Positions 40,670 to 52,460 of a DNA stretch of 64,000 nucleotides are shown in pieces. Origin of the DNA: Macrostomum lignano (Eukaryota). A model generated the notes under the pieces. That model did no database searches. It had not been told where the DNA came from and saw nothing but the letters and a program-made list of their open reading frames with translations. The first letter of the stretch is position 1. Each line of letters starts with the position of its first letter. The translations under genes were made by a program, and so were the position numbers. The stretch is from NCBI GenBank assembly GCA_002269645.1, contig NIVC01000437.1, positions 47,583 through 111,582 of the forward strand, read 5' to 3'.

Positions 40670-43600
40670 ATGGGCTCAAATGTGAGCACCCTGTCTGAGC
40701 TAACAGGCCCAGTCAGAAATCCTCTACTTGAAAGATTCTGCTCAGCGGAGCCTCTGGCAGCTGTGGCTGACTTAGACGAGACTGAAGCTTTCTGGACAAA
40801 TTTGTTAAGTCATCAGCTCTGTCCTCCCGTGACCTCTCGCGCCTCTCGCGACTTTGACGAATCTCTAGCGCTGCCTTACCTGGCCCACCTGGCTGTCAAC
40901 AATCGAACTAGCGGCAATCTCAATGCACTACTTCGGAGAATCATTAAACTGACTGACGAGCTAGATGATGCTGTGCTGCAGCCGCTGGCTGATAGACAGC
41001 GCAGATCCCGGCATCTCAGCCAGCTGGGAGCTGCCCTGTTCATGGCCCGTTGTTGCATTAAATATCTGTTAGAATCGGAGAATGAGCGAAGCTTACTTGA
41101 GCACATGGAATTCTGTCCTGTTGAATATGACAATCAGGTGATTTGCTTTGTTTTTGTGCAAATTGGCAGTCTGGTGTCTGTTTCAGATAAAATTGTCTGA
41201 AATTAAATCCTGTCAGATATAGACATCCTACTGACAAGAAATCCTGTCAGCTATAAACATCCTACTGACAAGAAATCCTGTCAGCTATAGACATCCTACT
41301 GACAAGAAATCCTGTCAGCTATAGACATCCTACTGACAAGAAATCCTGTCAGCTATAAACATCCTACTGACAAGAAATCCTGTCAGCTATGAACATCCTA
41401 CTGACAAGAAATCCTGTCAGCTATAAACATCCTACTGACAAGAAATCCTGTCAGCTATAGACATCCTACTGACAAGAAATCCTGTCAGCTATAGATATCC
41501 TACTGACAAGAAATCCTGTCAGCTATAAATATCCTACTGACAAGAAATCCTGTCAGCTATAAATATCCTACTGACAAGAAATCCTGTCAGCTATAAACAT
41601 CCTACTGACAAGAAATTCTGTCAGCTATAAATATCCTACTGACAAGAAATCCTGTCAGCTATGAACATCCTACTGACAAGAAATCCTGTCAGCTATAGAC
41701 ATCCTACTGACAAGAAATTCTGTCAGCTATAGACATCCTACTGACAAGAAATTCTGTCAGCTATAAATATCCTACTGACAAGAAATCCTGTCAGCTATGA
41801 ACATCCTACTGACAAGAAATCCTGTCAGCTATAAACATCCTACTGACAAGAAATTCTGTCAGCGATAGTATATATATCCTAGTGACAAGAAATTCTGTCA
41901 GCTATAAATATCTTACTGACAAGAAATCCTGTCAGCTATAAACATCCTACTGACAAGAAATTCTGTCAGCGATAGTATATATATCCTAGTGACAAGAAAT
42001 CCTGTCAGCTATGGACATCCCACTACACTAGAAAAACTCTCATCTAAAATCTTAACAGCGTCATAAATTAACCATCTCAAATTTTCGCAGGACAATGACG
42101 ACAACGCATCCGTCATTGAGAAGAAGTCGTCATCTTCTGACAGCTCACCGGACGTCTCTCAAAACTCGTCAGACAATGAAGACAATGCCGAGTCGTCCTC
42201 TGCTGCACCGTCCTCGGTCGCTGCCGACTCTGGCACCACAATAGAAGATTACGTTGAAAGTTTAATCAAATTAGTCATTCTTCTACCAGTTGATGAGGAA
42301 GCATTTCCTGCTCTTCTAGAAGCAATCAACAGCTTGCTAGTACTGCTGAGCCTGAGAATGTACCACGGCTGCAAGTCAAGTGCCCAGCTGGCATTCTACC
42401 AGATTCTCTGTGCTGGCAGATGCGCACCTTATGCCAGAAGGTTGACGGCAACTTTAGTGCAGCGGTTTGTGGCGGCGCCGCCAGCTCCTGATCGATTGGT
42501 AGCTAGCGCGCCGCAGGCACCTTCTCAGGTAGATTATATAACAGGGGTTTTCGTTTGGATAGTCTTATGTTTTGATTTCTCCGCCTAAGTGTTGCTCTGC
42601 GCTGATTGGCTGCTGTATAACTGTGTCTTTTGTAACTGTGCGCTGATTGGCTGCTGTATATCTGTGTCTTTTGTAGCTGTGCTCTGATTGGCTGCTGTAT
42701 ATCTGTGTCTTTTGTAGCTGTGCGCTGATTGGCTGCTGTATATCTGTGTCTTTTGTAGCTGTGCGCTGATTGGCTGCTGTATATCTGTGTCTTTTGTAAC
42801 TGTGCGCTGATTGGCTGCTGTATATCTGTGTCTTTTGTAGCTGTGCTCTGATTGGCTGCTGTATATCTGTGTCTTTTGTAGCTGTGCGCTGATTGGCTGC
42901 TGTATATCTGTGTCTTTTGTAGCTGTGCGCTGATTGGCTGCTGTATATCTGTGTCTTTTGTAACTGTGCGCTGATTGGCTGCCGCATCTGTCCCTCATGG
43001 TACCATGTGTAATAGAAATATACTATCCAGAATGCATATTTTATATATGCTTGAAATTTTATACAAAGTTATTATTTACTTGAAATATTATACTGCAATT
43101 TATTAAGGTGTACAATGCGGCAGCGTCCTTAGCAACCGGTCTATGGTACATGGTGACTCTTGGATACGGAAGCGGCAGTGGCGGCACTTCAGCAGCTTCA
43201 ACCGTTTCTAAAACAGATGAGCCGGTAAGATGATAAGTCACGTGACTCAACACTGATTAAAATAAGTGATTAACTGTTTCCTCTAAATCTTCCCCATTCC
43301 CAGACTCGAGCTGAACTCAAACGCAACCTGTTGAGCCGACAGAGCCTGCTGCTCTGCCTCGCCCTCGCCCTCAGTCCCGGCTACTCTTCCAACGAAGACG
43401 AGTTGGACACTCCCTACCGTGACGCTCTGCTCGAATGCGACGCCAAGTTGCTAGGGAACTATGCCGGTCTGCTAGGCGCCATAGCAACTAATTTGCCTCA
43501 AGATGAAGCTCTGCTGCTGCTCTACCTGCTGCTCCACCCGGCCGGTTCGCACGCCCTGAGGAACCACCTGGCTTCAGCTGGGGCCAATAATCCTCAACTG

Positions 43601-44092
43601 TTAGCCTCGCTAACTCTGCCACTGTTGCAGTGCATTCACTCGGCTAACACTGAGCCGCAGTCGCATCGCCTGTACATGGCTATGATCAACTTGCTCATGC
43701 TCACTGAGCAGCCCGACCTGTGCAGGGCTATGCACACCGCTCCCCTGCCTGGCGGTGCGTCGCCTGCTTGGCTAACGGAGAGACAGCTGGGTCCGCAGGG
43801 CACTCTGGGCAGCCTACTAGTAGTAGTGCTAGCCAGATGCGTGCAGCTCAATCTGCATAAACTGGGCAGAGGCGGCGGCGGTGGTTACCTGCCTAGCAAC
43901 TGCATGGCAGCGCTGGCCAATCAGTCTACTCAGGCCCGATCGCTGCATCCTTACGCCTGTCAGAAGCTGCTGGGCCTGCTGACTCTCATTGCGACTCGGA
44001 TTGAGAAGCTGGAGCAGCAGAAATCGACAACGTAAGCAGACAGCTTCAATTATTGAATGAGCATGCAGCCGCTAGCTGATAGACACTGACTC

Positions 44093-44169
<77 letters not shown>

Positions 44170-44172
44170 TGC

Positions 44173-44233
<61 letters not shown>

Positions 44234-44269
44234 CACAGACACACAGACAGTCAGACAGACAGACAGACA

Positions 44270-44365
<96 letters not shown>

Positions 44366-46346
44366 GGAAGGCAGGCAGGCAGGCAGACAGACAGGCAGGC
44401 AGACAGACAGGCAGACAGACAGACAGGCAGACAGACAGACAGACAGACAGGCAGACAGACAGACAGACAGACAGACAGGCAGACAGACAGACAGACAGAC
44501 AGACAGACACAGACGGACAGGCCGCACCCCTCCCCAGCCCGCAGCAGTCCCCAGACGAGCTGGCAGCCCTAGAGGCGGCCAGCCGCAGCATCCTGGAGGT
44601 GGTTAACGGCACCCTGAGCCGGGTGAGCCTGGCCGCTAACCCGCACCTGGTGTACACCATGCTGCACCAGCGAGCCGCTCTGTTCAACAAGCGACTGCTG
44701 CAGAACCGCACAGAGCTGGCTGAGCTGGCGGCAAACCTGCTGACGGTGTCGCAGCACTTCGCCGCCGCTGTGGCGAGAGACTCGGCGGCCGGGTCAGCGG
44801 CAGCTCAGCAGCAGCAGCAGGCGGCGGATGGTGGCGAACTTGCCGCCCTGCCGCCGCCTTCGCAACTGTCCGAGGCTCGGATTATGCAGGTGAGAGGGAG
44901 AGCTCTGGTTTATAATGATGATGTGGGCACTCAAAAGTCGGTGGACTGTGTTCAGGCTTTATGTTTCGGTATTGCATTTTACGATCCCTCCTCTAATTGG
45001 CGTCGGTCAGTGTAATTGGTCATTGAGTTGAATTTTAGTCTGGGAAATCTTAGTTGTTGATACCGATATCCTAATTAGGAAAAAAACTCACGCTAGAGAA
45101 ATCCCAGTTAAAGCAAACCCCAGTAACGGAAATCACAGCTAGGAAAATCCCAGTTAGGGAAATGTCGTTTAGAAGAACCACAGTTAAGGAAATCAGTTTT
45201 TAATGAAATCCCGGATAGGTAACAGTTAGGAACAGTTACAGTTTAGGAAATTCCCGTTATGGATTTCCCAGTTAGGGAATTCATAGTAAGGGAAATGTTC
45301 TTTAGAGAAATCTCAGTTAGGGAAATGTAATTTGTGGGACATCCCATATAGGTAACTCCCAATTAGGAAATTCCCGTTATGGAAATCCCAGTTAAGGAAA
45401 TCCCAGTCAGGGAAGTCCCAGTCGGGGAAATCCCATTGTTGTAAATCCCAGATAGGTAATTCCCAGTAAGGAAATTCCCGTTATGGAAATCACAGTTAGT
45501 GAAATCCCAGTTAGGGAAATCCCAGTCAGGGAAATCCCATTGTTGTAAATCTCAGATAGGTAACTCCCAGTAAGGAAATTCCCGTTATGGAAATCCCAGT
45601 TCTGGAAATCCCAGTTAGGGAAATCCCAGTTATAGATATCCCAGTTAGGGAAACCCCAGTTATAGATATCCCAGTTAAGGGAAATCCCATTGTTGTAAAT
45701 TTCAGATTTGTAACTCCAAGTTAGGGAAATTCCATTCAGAGAAATTCCATCTAAAGAAATCATTTTTAGGGAAATCCCAGTTAGAAAAATCCTTTTTAGG
45801 GGAATCCTATTTGTAACAGTTCCAGTTGTTTGCGACATTTGAAATTATTGATAAAAAAGCATGGGTGCAAATGCTAGCTTAAAACCTTGATTCAATCGCC
45901 TCACCAATTCGCAGGTAATCTCCTCAAGCTGCGCCAGCTTCAAACGCGAACGACTCCGCCAGTTCCCGGAGCCACGATTTAAATACGTTGAAGAGGCCAA
46001 GCCGGACGATTTTTTTGTGCCTTACATCTGGGCTCTGGTCTATAAGCACTCGGGACTGTACTTTAACCCCGCTAGAATCACCTTATTGAAGCCGGCGGCG
46101 TCTGCTGCTTCTGCTTCCGCGTCCGCTTCCGCGTCTGCTTCCGCGCCTGCTTCTGCGTCTGCTTCCGCGCCTGCTTCCGCGCCTGCTTCTGCGTCTGCTT
46201 CTGCGTCTGCTTCCGCGCCTGCTTCTGCGTCTGCTTCCGCCGCCCGGTCTGGGACAGCAGCAACAACAGCAGTAGCAAAAGCAGCCAAAGCCGCCACTTC
46301 CGCCTCAGCCGTTGCTTCCGCTTCAATGGAAACCACTGTTGTTTAA
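40670..46346 (+). CDS. DYM: Dymeclin, ~844 aa. Exons 40670-41137, 42091-42528, 43108-43224, 43304-44031, 44538-44889, 45915-46346
   Basis: MGSN myristoylation start, FWTNLLS, NNRTSGNLNAL, ATGLWYMVTLG, LAANPHLVYTML, FPEPRFKYVEE...FFVPYIWALVY. Phases consistent; total 2535 nt. Confidence 0.93.
41207..42012. repeat. 34-bp minisatellite with internal hairpin (DYM intron 1), ~23 copies
   Basis: Unit ATCCTACTGACAAGAAATCCTGTCAGCTATAAAC; CTGACA...TGTCAG dyad. Confidence 0.95.
42598..42982. repeat. 41-bp minisatellite (DYM intron 2)
   Basis: Unit GCTGATTGGCTGCTGTATATCTGTGTCTTTTGTAGCTGTGC. Confidence 0.95.
44092..44520 (+). repeat. (GACA)n/(GGCA)n microsatellite (DYM intron 4)
   Basis: Visible array. 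Confidence 0.97.
45050..45830. repeat. Degenerate ~15-bp repeat with GGGAAATCCC palindromic cores (DYM intron 5)
   Basis: Recurring GGAAATCCCAGTTA variants. Confidence 0.85.
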
Positions 46347-46476
46347 ATTTTTTTATAAGAAATGCTATGGTAAACAAATTCGTAAGACTGACCCGTACAA
46401 TGAAACTGGCTAATTGATGATAGTAATGTTTTTTGTCAACGTTGGTTTTGGTCAAAACTGACTGTACTCAGACACA

Positions 46477-47393
46477 AGTGTACACTGACATGTTTAGCTT
46501 CAGTATCTAGTACAAGTGAACACTGACACGTTCAGCTTCAGTATCTAGTACAGGTGTACACATTTAGCTTCAGTATATAGTACAGGTGTACACATTTAGC
46601 TTCAGTATCTAGTACAGGTGTACACATTTAGCTTCAGTATCTAGTACAGGTGTACACTGACGTGTTAAGCTTCAGTATCTAGTAAAGGTGTACATGTTTA
46701 GCTTCAGTATCTACTAGTACAGGTGTACATGTTTAGCTTCAGTATCTAGTAAATGTGTACGCGTTTAGCTTCAGTATCTAGTACAGGTGTACATGTTTAG
46801 CTTCAGTATCTAGTACAGGTGTACATGTTTAGCTTCAGTATCTAGTACAGATGTACATGTTTAGCTTCAGTATCTAGTAAATGTGTACGCGTTTAGCTTC
46901 AGTATCTAGTACAGGTGTACATGTTTAGCTTCAGTATCTAGTACAGGTGTACACGTTTAGCTTCAGTATCTAGTACAGGTGTACATGTTTAGCTTCAGTA
47001 TCTAGTACAGGTGTACACTAACGTGTTTAGCTTCAGTATCTAGTACAGGTGTACACTAACGTGTTTAGCTTCAGTATCTAGTAAAGATGTACATGTTTAG
47101 CTTCAGTATCTAGTACAGCATCTAGTACAGGTGTACACATTTAGCTTCAGTATCTAGTACAGGTGTACACATTTAGCTTCAGTATCTAGTACAGGTGTAC
47201 ACATTTAGCTTCAGTATCTAGTACAGGTGTACACATTTAGCTTCAGTATCTAGTACAGGTGTACACATTTAGCTTCAGTATCTAGTACAGGTGTACACAT
47301 TTAGCTTCAGTATCTAGTACAGGTGTACACATTTAGCTTCAGTATCTAGTACAGGTGTACACATTTAGCTTCAGTATCTAGTACGGGTGTACA
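46477..47393. repeat. 32-bp minisatellite
   Basis: Unit TTTAGCTTCAGTATCTAGTACAGGTGTACACA. Confidence 0.95.
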
Positions 47394-47854
47394 TAGATGC
47401 GTTGATTTTCTCCACATTAGTGTACACGTGTGTAAAATAAGTTGAAGATCAAAAAATCCATTCCTTTATATCATTTGATTTGCAGAAATAATTTCGCTGC
47501 AGTTTCCATTTGTTTATTTACATTTATTGCTTTATTATTAGCTAGCTTTTTTGCAGAGCATTACCTGATTGAGACAGCAAATCTTGCTGTACAATTATTT
47601 ATGTTTATTTTCATTATCCATTGTTAAATATTTGCTATTTATCACCGTATATCTCTTGATGTTTTCTGGTGATAGGTGAGCTATAAAACTAATATATTAC
47701 TCATTCACGTATATTCTATCAGCGAGTTTCTGGCTACTACTGTGAGTAGGATTTTGTATGTTTTCATTATTCATCGGTTTTTTATTTAGGCTTTGTGAAC
47801 TGTTTTGTAGGTTGTTATTGCAGTTTCCGATTATCTATTGTCGATTGTAATGCA

Positions 47855-49362
47855 TTGTGAGTTGTTGGTTTTGTCCATTGGGAGTTGTGGCTTTTGTGGA
47901 TTGTGAGTTGCTGGTTTTGTCCATTGGGAGTTGTGGCTTTTGTGGATTGTGAGTTGCTGGTTTTGTCCATTGGGAGTTGTGGCTTTTGTGGATTGTGAGT
48001 TGCTGGTTTTGTCCATTGGGAGTTGTGGCTTTTGTGGATTGTGAGTTGCTGGTTTTGTCCATTGGGAGTTGTGGCTTTTGTGGATTGTGAGTTGTGGGTT
48101 TTGTCCATTAGGAGTTGTGGCTTTTGTGAATTGTGAGTTGCTGGTTTTGTCCATTGGGAGTTGTGGCTTTTGTGGATTGTGAGTTGCTGGTTTTGTCCAT
48201 TGGGAGTTGTGGCTTTTGTGGATTGTGAGTTGCTGGTTTTGTCCATTGGGAGTTGTGGCTTTTGTGGATTGTGAGTTGCTGGTTTTGTCCATTGGGAGTT
48301 GTGGCTTTTGTGGATTGTGAGTTGTGGGTTTTGTCCATTAGGAGTTGTGGCTTTTGTGAATTGTGAGTTGCTGGTTTTGTCCATTGGGAGTTGTGGCTTT
48401 TGTGGATTGTGAGTTGCTGGTTTTGTCCATTGGGAGTTGTGGCTTTTGTGGATTGTGAGTTGCTGGTTTTGTCCATTGGGAGTTGTGGCTTTTGTGGATT
48501 GTGAGTTGCTGGTTTTGTCCATTGGGAGTTGTGGCTTTTGTGGATTGTGAGTTGCGGGTTTTGTCCATTGGGAGTTGTGGCTTTTGTGGATTGTGAGTTG
48601 TTGGTTTTGTCCATTGGGAGTTGTGGCTTTTGTGGATTGTGAGTTGTTGGTTTTGTCCATTGGGAGTTGTGGCTTTTGTGGATTGTGAGTTGTTGGTTTT
48701 GTCCATTGGGAGTTGTGGCTTTTGTGGATTTTAAGTTGTGGGTTTTGAGGATTTTAAGTTGTGGGTTTTGAGGATTTTAAGTTGTGGGTTTTGAGGATTG
48801 TGAGTTGTGGGTTTTGAGGATTGGGAGTTGTGGGTTTTGAGGTTTGGGAGTTGTGGGTTTTGTGGTTTGGGAGTTGTGGGTTTTGAGGTTTGGGAGTTGT
48901 GGGTTTTGTGGATTGTGAGTTGTAGGTTTTGTGGTTTGGGAGTTGTGGGTTTTGTCCATTGGGAGTTGTGGCTTTTGTGGATTGTGAGTTGTTGGTTTTG
49001 TCCATTGGGAGCTGTGGCTTTTGTGGATTTTGAGTTGTGGGTTTTAAGGATTGGGAGTTGTGGGTTTTGAGGTTTGGGAGTTGTGGGTTTTGTGGTTTGG
49101 GAGTTGTGGGTTTTGTGGTTTGGGAGTTGTGGGTTTTGAGGTTTGGGAGTTGTGGGTTTTGTGGATTGTGAGTTGTAGGTTTTGTGGTTTGGGAGTTGTG
49201 GGTTTTGTCCATTGGGAGTTGTGGCTTTTGTGGATTGTGAGTTGTTGGTTTTGTCCATTGGGAGCTGTGGCTTTTGTGGATTTTGAGTTGTGGGTTTTAA
49301 GGATTGGGAGTTGTGGGTTTTGAGGTTTGGGAGTTGTGGGTTTTGTGGTTTGGGAGTTGTGG
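47855..49362. repeat. 46-bp minisatellite (dimer of a 23-bp unit) grading into a 23-bp array
   Basis: CCATTGGGAGTTGTGGCTTTTGTGGATTGTGAGTTGCTGGTTTTGT, then GGGTTTTGAGGTTTGGGAGTTGT. Confidence 0.95.
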
Positions 49363-49717
49363 ATTCGTGGAATTTCGAGAACTTAACAATCAAATTTGTT
49401 TTACTACGAAATGTTTCAATGGTTTCAATTTGTGCCTTAGCCTCCATTTTTGATCCAAAATAAAGCATTAACAAAGTTTTCACGGTTTTCTTGTTGCAAA
49501 AATTACCTAACATTATTCTTTTTGCCTCATTAAATTTAGCGAATTCATCTTCGGACATTAACGACTTTTGTTGAAGTTTTCAATTTTTATTCTGAAATTT
49601 CGCACCTGAAAAAAATAAATAAACTGTTTAATTGCTGACCAGCAGCGTCGCTTCTGTTGAAGCCGTTTCATTTTTTCGTATGAAAAACTGTGGGTTTTTT
49701 TGCTTTTTATTGCTACA

Positions 49718-50367
49718 GGTTAGGGTCAGGTTTGGGTTAGATTAGGGTAGGGTTTAAGGCATTTTAGGTTCAGGGTTAAGGTCAGGTTTGTTTTAGGGTT
49801 TAGGTCTGGTTAGGTTTAGGGTTTAGGTCAGGTTAGGTTTAGGGTTTAGATCAGATTAGGTTTATGGTTTAGGTCAAATAATGTTTCGGGTTTAGGAAAG
49901 GTTAGGTTTAGGGTTTAGGTTAGGTTTAGGGTTTAGGTTAGGTTAGGTTTAGGGTTTAGGGTCTAGCTCAGGTAAGGCTTAGGGTTTAGGTCAGGTTAGG
50001 TTTATGGTTTAGGTCAGGTTAGGTTTAGAGTTTAGGTCTGCTTAGGTTTAGGGTTTAGGTCAGGTTAGGTTTAGGGTTTAGGTCAGGTTAGGTTTAGGGT
50101 TTCGGCCTGGTTAGGTTTAGGGTTTAGGTCAGGTTAGGTTTACGGCTTAGGTCAGGTTAGGTTTAGGGTTTAGGTCAGGTTAGGTTTAGGGTTTAGGTCA
50201 GGTTAGGTTTGGGGTGTAGGTCAGGTTAGGTTTAGGGTTTAGGTCAGGTTAGGTTTAGGGTTTAGGTCAGGTTAGGTTTAGGGTTTAAGTCAGGTTAGGT
50301 TTACGGCTTAGGTCAGGTTAGGTTTAGGGTTTAGGTCAGGTTAGGTTTAGGGTTTAGGTCAGGTTAG
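49718..50367. repeat. Telomere-like array (G-rich on +), 23-bp unit
   Basis: GGTCAGGTTAGGTTTAGGGTTTA, a mix of TTAGG/TTTAGG/TTTAGGG motifs. Confidence 0.88.
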
Positions 50368-51362
50368 AGTTTGCATTGAATTAGTACGCACTTGAAGTCT
50401 TGGCTAGCAAAGGTCGCAGCCCCAACCAAAATATTCATGTAGTGCAGTCCCAGAGCAACTACTTTTTCAGGCATGAGGTGCTTGGGTGAGTATCTGTATT
50501 CCCTTGGCCCTAATTAATTATTAACTGGTTTGTTAGATTAGATACATAGAGTGGCCCACTTCGTGGATATAGTTCGCCTTTATCTAAGGCACTAATGCAT
50601 TATGGATAGTAGTTAGTGCCAGTGGTGGGTGAGGCGTGACAGACAAGACAGCTCTTGCTGCTTTTGTTTTTGGTTGTTTGGCCTTCTTCTGACAGCTTTG
50701 CAGTTACTTCTGCTGGGCGGGCGGCTTCTCGGTCTGGTGCGAGATGTAATGCTGTAAAGCATTAGTGGCGCATGCTGAATTCCCTGCTGCTATTTTTCTG
50801 CTGTCGTGGGCTGAATTTGTTTTCATCTCGTCAGCCTGAAATATCCCGCAGTTTGCCATCCGTCCCTGTCTCTGCGTTTGCCCTCCGACTTGCTTTTTGC
50901 GTGTAATATTTTTTCCCTTCTAGTTCCCTCTTCTCACTCCCTGCTCTTCCTCTCAACCTTCTCCACCTTTTCACCCTCTACCCTCCCACATCTCTACCCT
51001 TTCCCTATCTACCTTCTCCTCTCTCTGCCAATCTTGTCTCCTCCGTCTCCCCCTCTAGCCTCTCCTTTACTTTCTTCCCTCAACCTTGACCCTTCAAGCC
51101 GAATCCTCTACCATCTTATCTCTACTTCCTGGCCCCTATCTACTCTATTCTTTCATCGCTCTCGCCTTCCCTTCACATTTTTTATTCCTAATTCTTTCAT
51201 TTTCCAGCCTGTCTCAGTTTTCATTATGCATTGTATCAGCCTGTTGAAGCAATTGCAGAATCTCTTGATCCAGTTATAAGTCACGGCTGCATCAGATATT
51301 CAACATGCTTATTAATTGCCCAAGTCGCATCGGGACAAGCAGCTTACGTATCTTGTATCCTT

Positions 51363-51720
51363 TTTTTATTAGAGGCAGGGGGTTGTGTGCACCCTGGCGC
51401 ACTTTAAGCGACATTGGCACACAACCGGCGAGAGGCATTACTGCCCATTCCGCCGACTCCCCTGAGCAGGCATACAAGCGCGCGGATACGTTACGCAGGC
51501 ACACACTCACACAGGAGTGTACAGCGGCCTTAACTTTATATTATCGTTAGGCATGTACACTTCACTGCGCCTTGGGGGGTTGGCTCTCAAGGCCGTTAAT
51601 TGCACAAGCGAGCCAAGCCGAAATTCCAATTCAGCCCCAAATTAATGTGACTGCACTTGGAATCGAGCCTGGGTCGCTGGCACACCAGAGCAGCTGCGCT
51701 ACCGCTGGGCTACGGCCCCC
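51363..51720 (-). mobile_element. SINE family 1, full-length copy
   Basis: 14-bp TSD TATCTTGTATCCTT (51349-51362 / 51721-51734); reverse complement of the 6625 copy. Confidence 0.92.
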
Positions 51721-52214
51721 TATCTTGTATCCTTACGAATTTGGTCCCGCATTTTCTCAAGTCCAGTTCGTGACGATTTTGTAGCAGAGGGCCCCGGATA
51801 CTGTTCCTCGATTGCGCTTTCAACGGCTCTCGAGGATTAGATGACTCTCCCCGACTGTTAATGGAGCAAGGCTTATTTTCTGCTCGGCAAGTAGTTTATA
51901 ATTGCGCAGTCACGAGAGAAGCATTTTAAGTGCCTATATATACACAGCAAAGAGAAGATCGGCTCAGTAATAATGCATTAGGCTGCGACCCCATTAATAT
52001 TCAGTCAAGAATTGTGTGCGCGCGCGCGCGCTTCAGATTCGCATGGGTGAAGCGCGATCTTAATCTCTTTCTGTATTCCCTATTTGCACACGGAATCCAC
52101 CATGCGCTGGACTGAGCCGAAGACTCCCCGAGTCAATAACTGGAGTACTTGTAGCAACTCACTCACCAAAATGCATTTCTGCGGATCATCTCTTAGTTAG
52201 AAGATACTTATAGT

Positions 52215-52460
52215 CAGGCGAGGGGCTGTGTGCACCCTGGCGTACTTTAAGCGACATTGTCACACAATCGGCGAGAGGGATTACTGCCCATTCTGCCGAC
52301 TCCCCTGAGCAGGCATACAAGCTATGCACAATCGCACACTTACACTTACGGCCCTAACGTTAAACAACACGAGCAGAGCCAGGCTGAGATTCCAATTTAT
52401 CCCCAAACTAATCTGACTGCACTTGGAATCGAGCCTGGGCCGCTGACACATCAGCGCGCT
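52215..52460 (-). mobile_element. SINE family 1, older copy with internal deletion
   Basis: Aligns by eye to 51380-51700 with many substitutions. Further fragments at ~40330-40460, ~6005-6120 and ~4420-4490. Confidence 0.75.

Noticed and set aside
47815-49558. ORFs of 120-280 aa
   Set aside because: Periodic translations of the 46/23-bp minisatellites.
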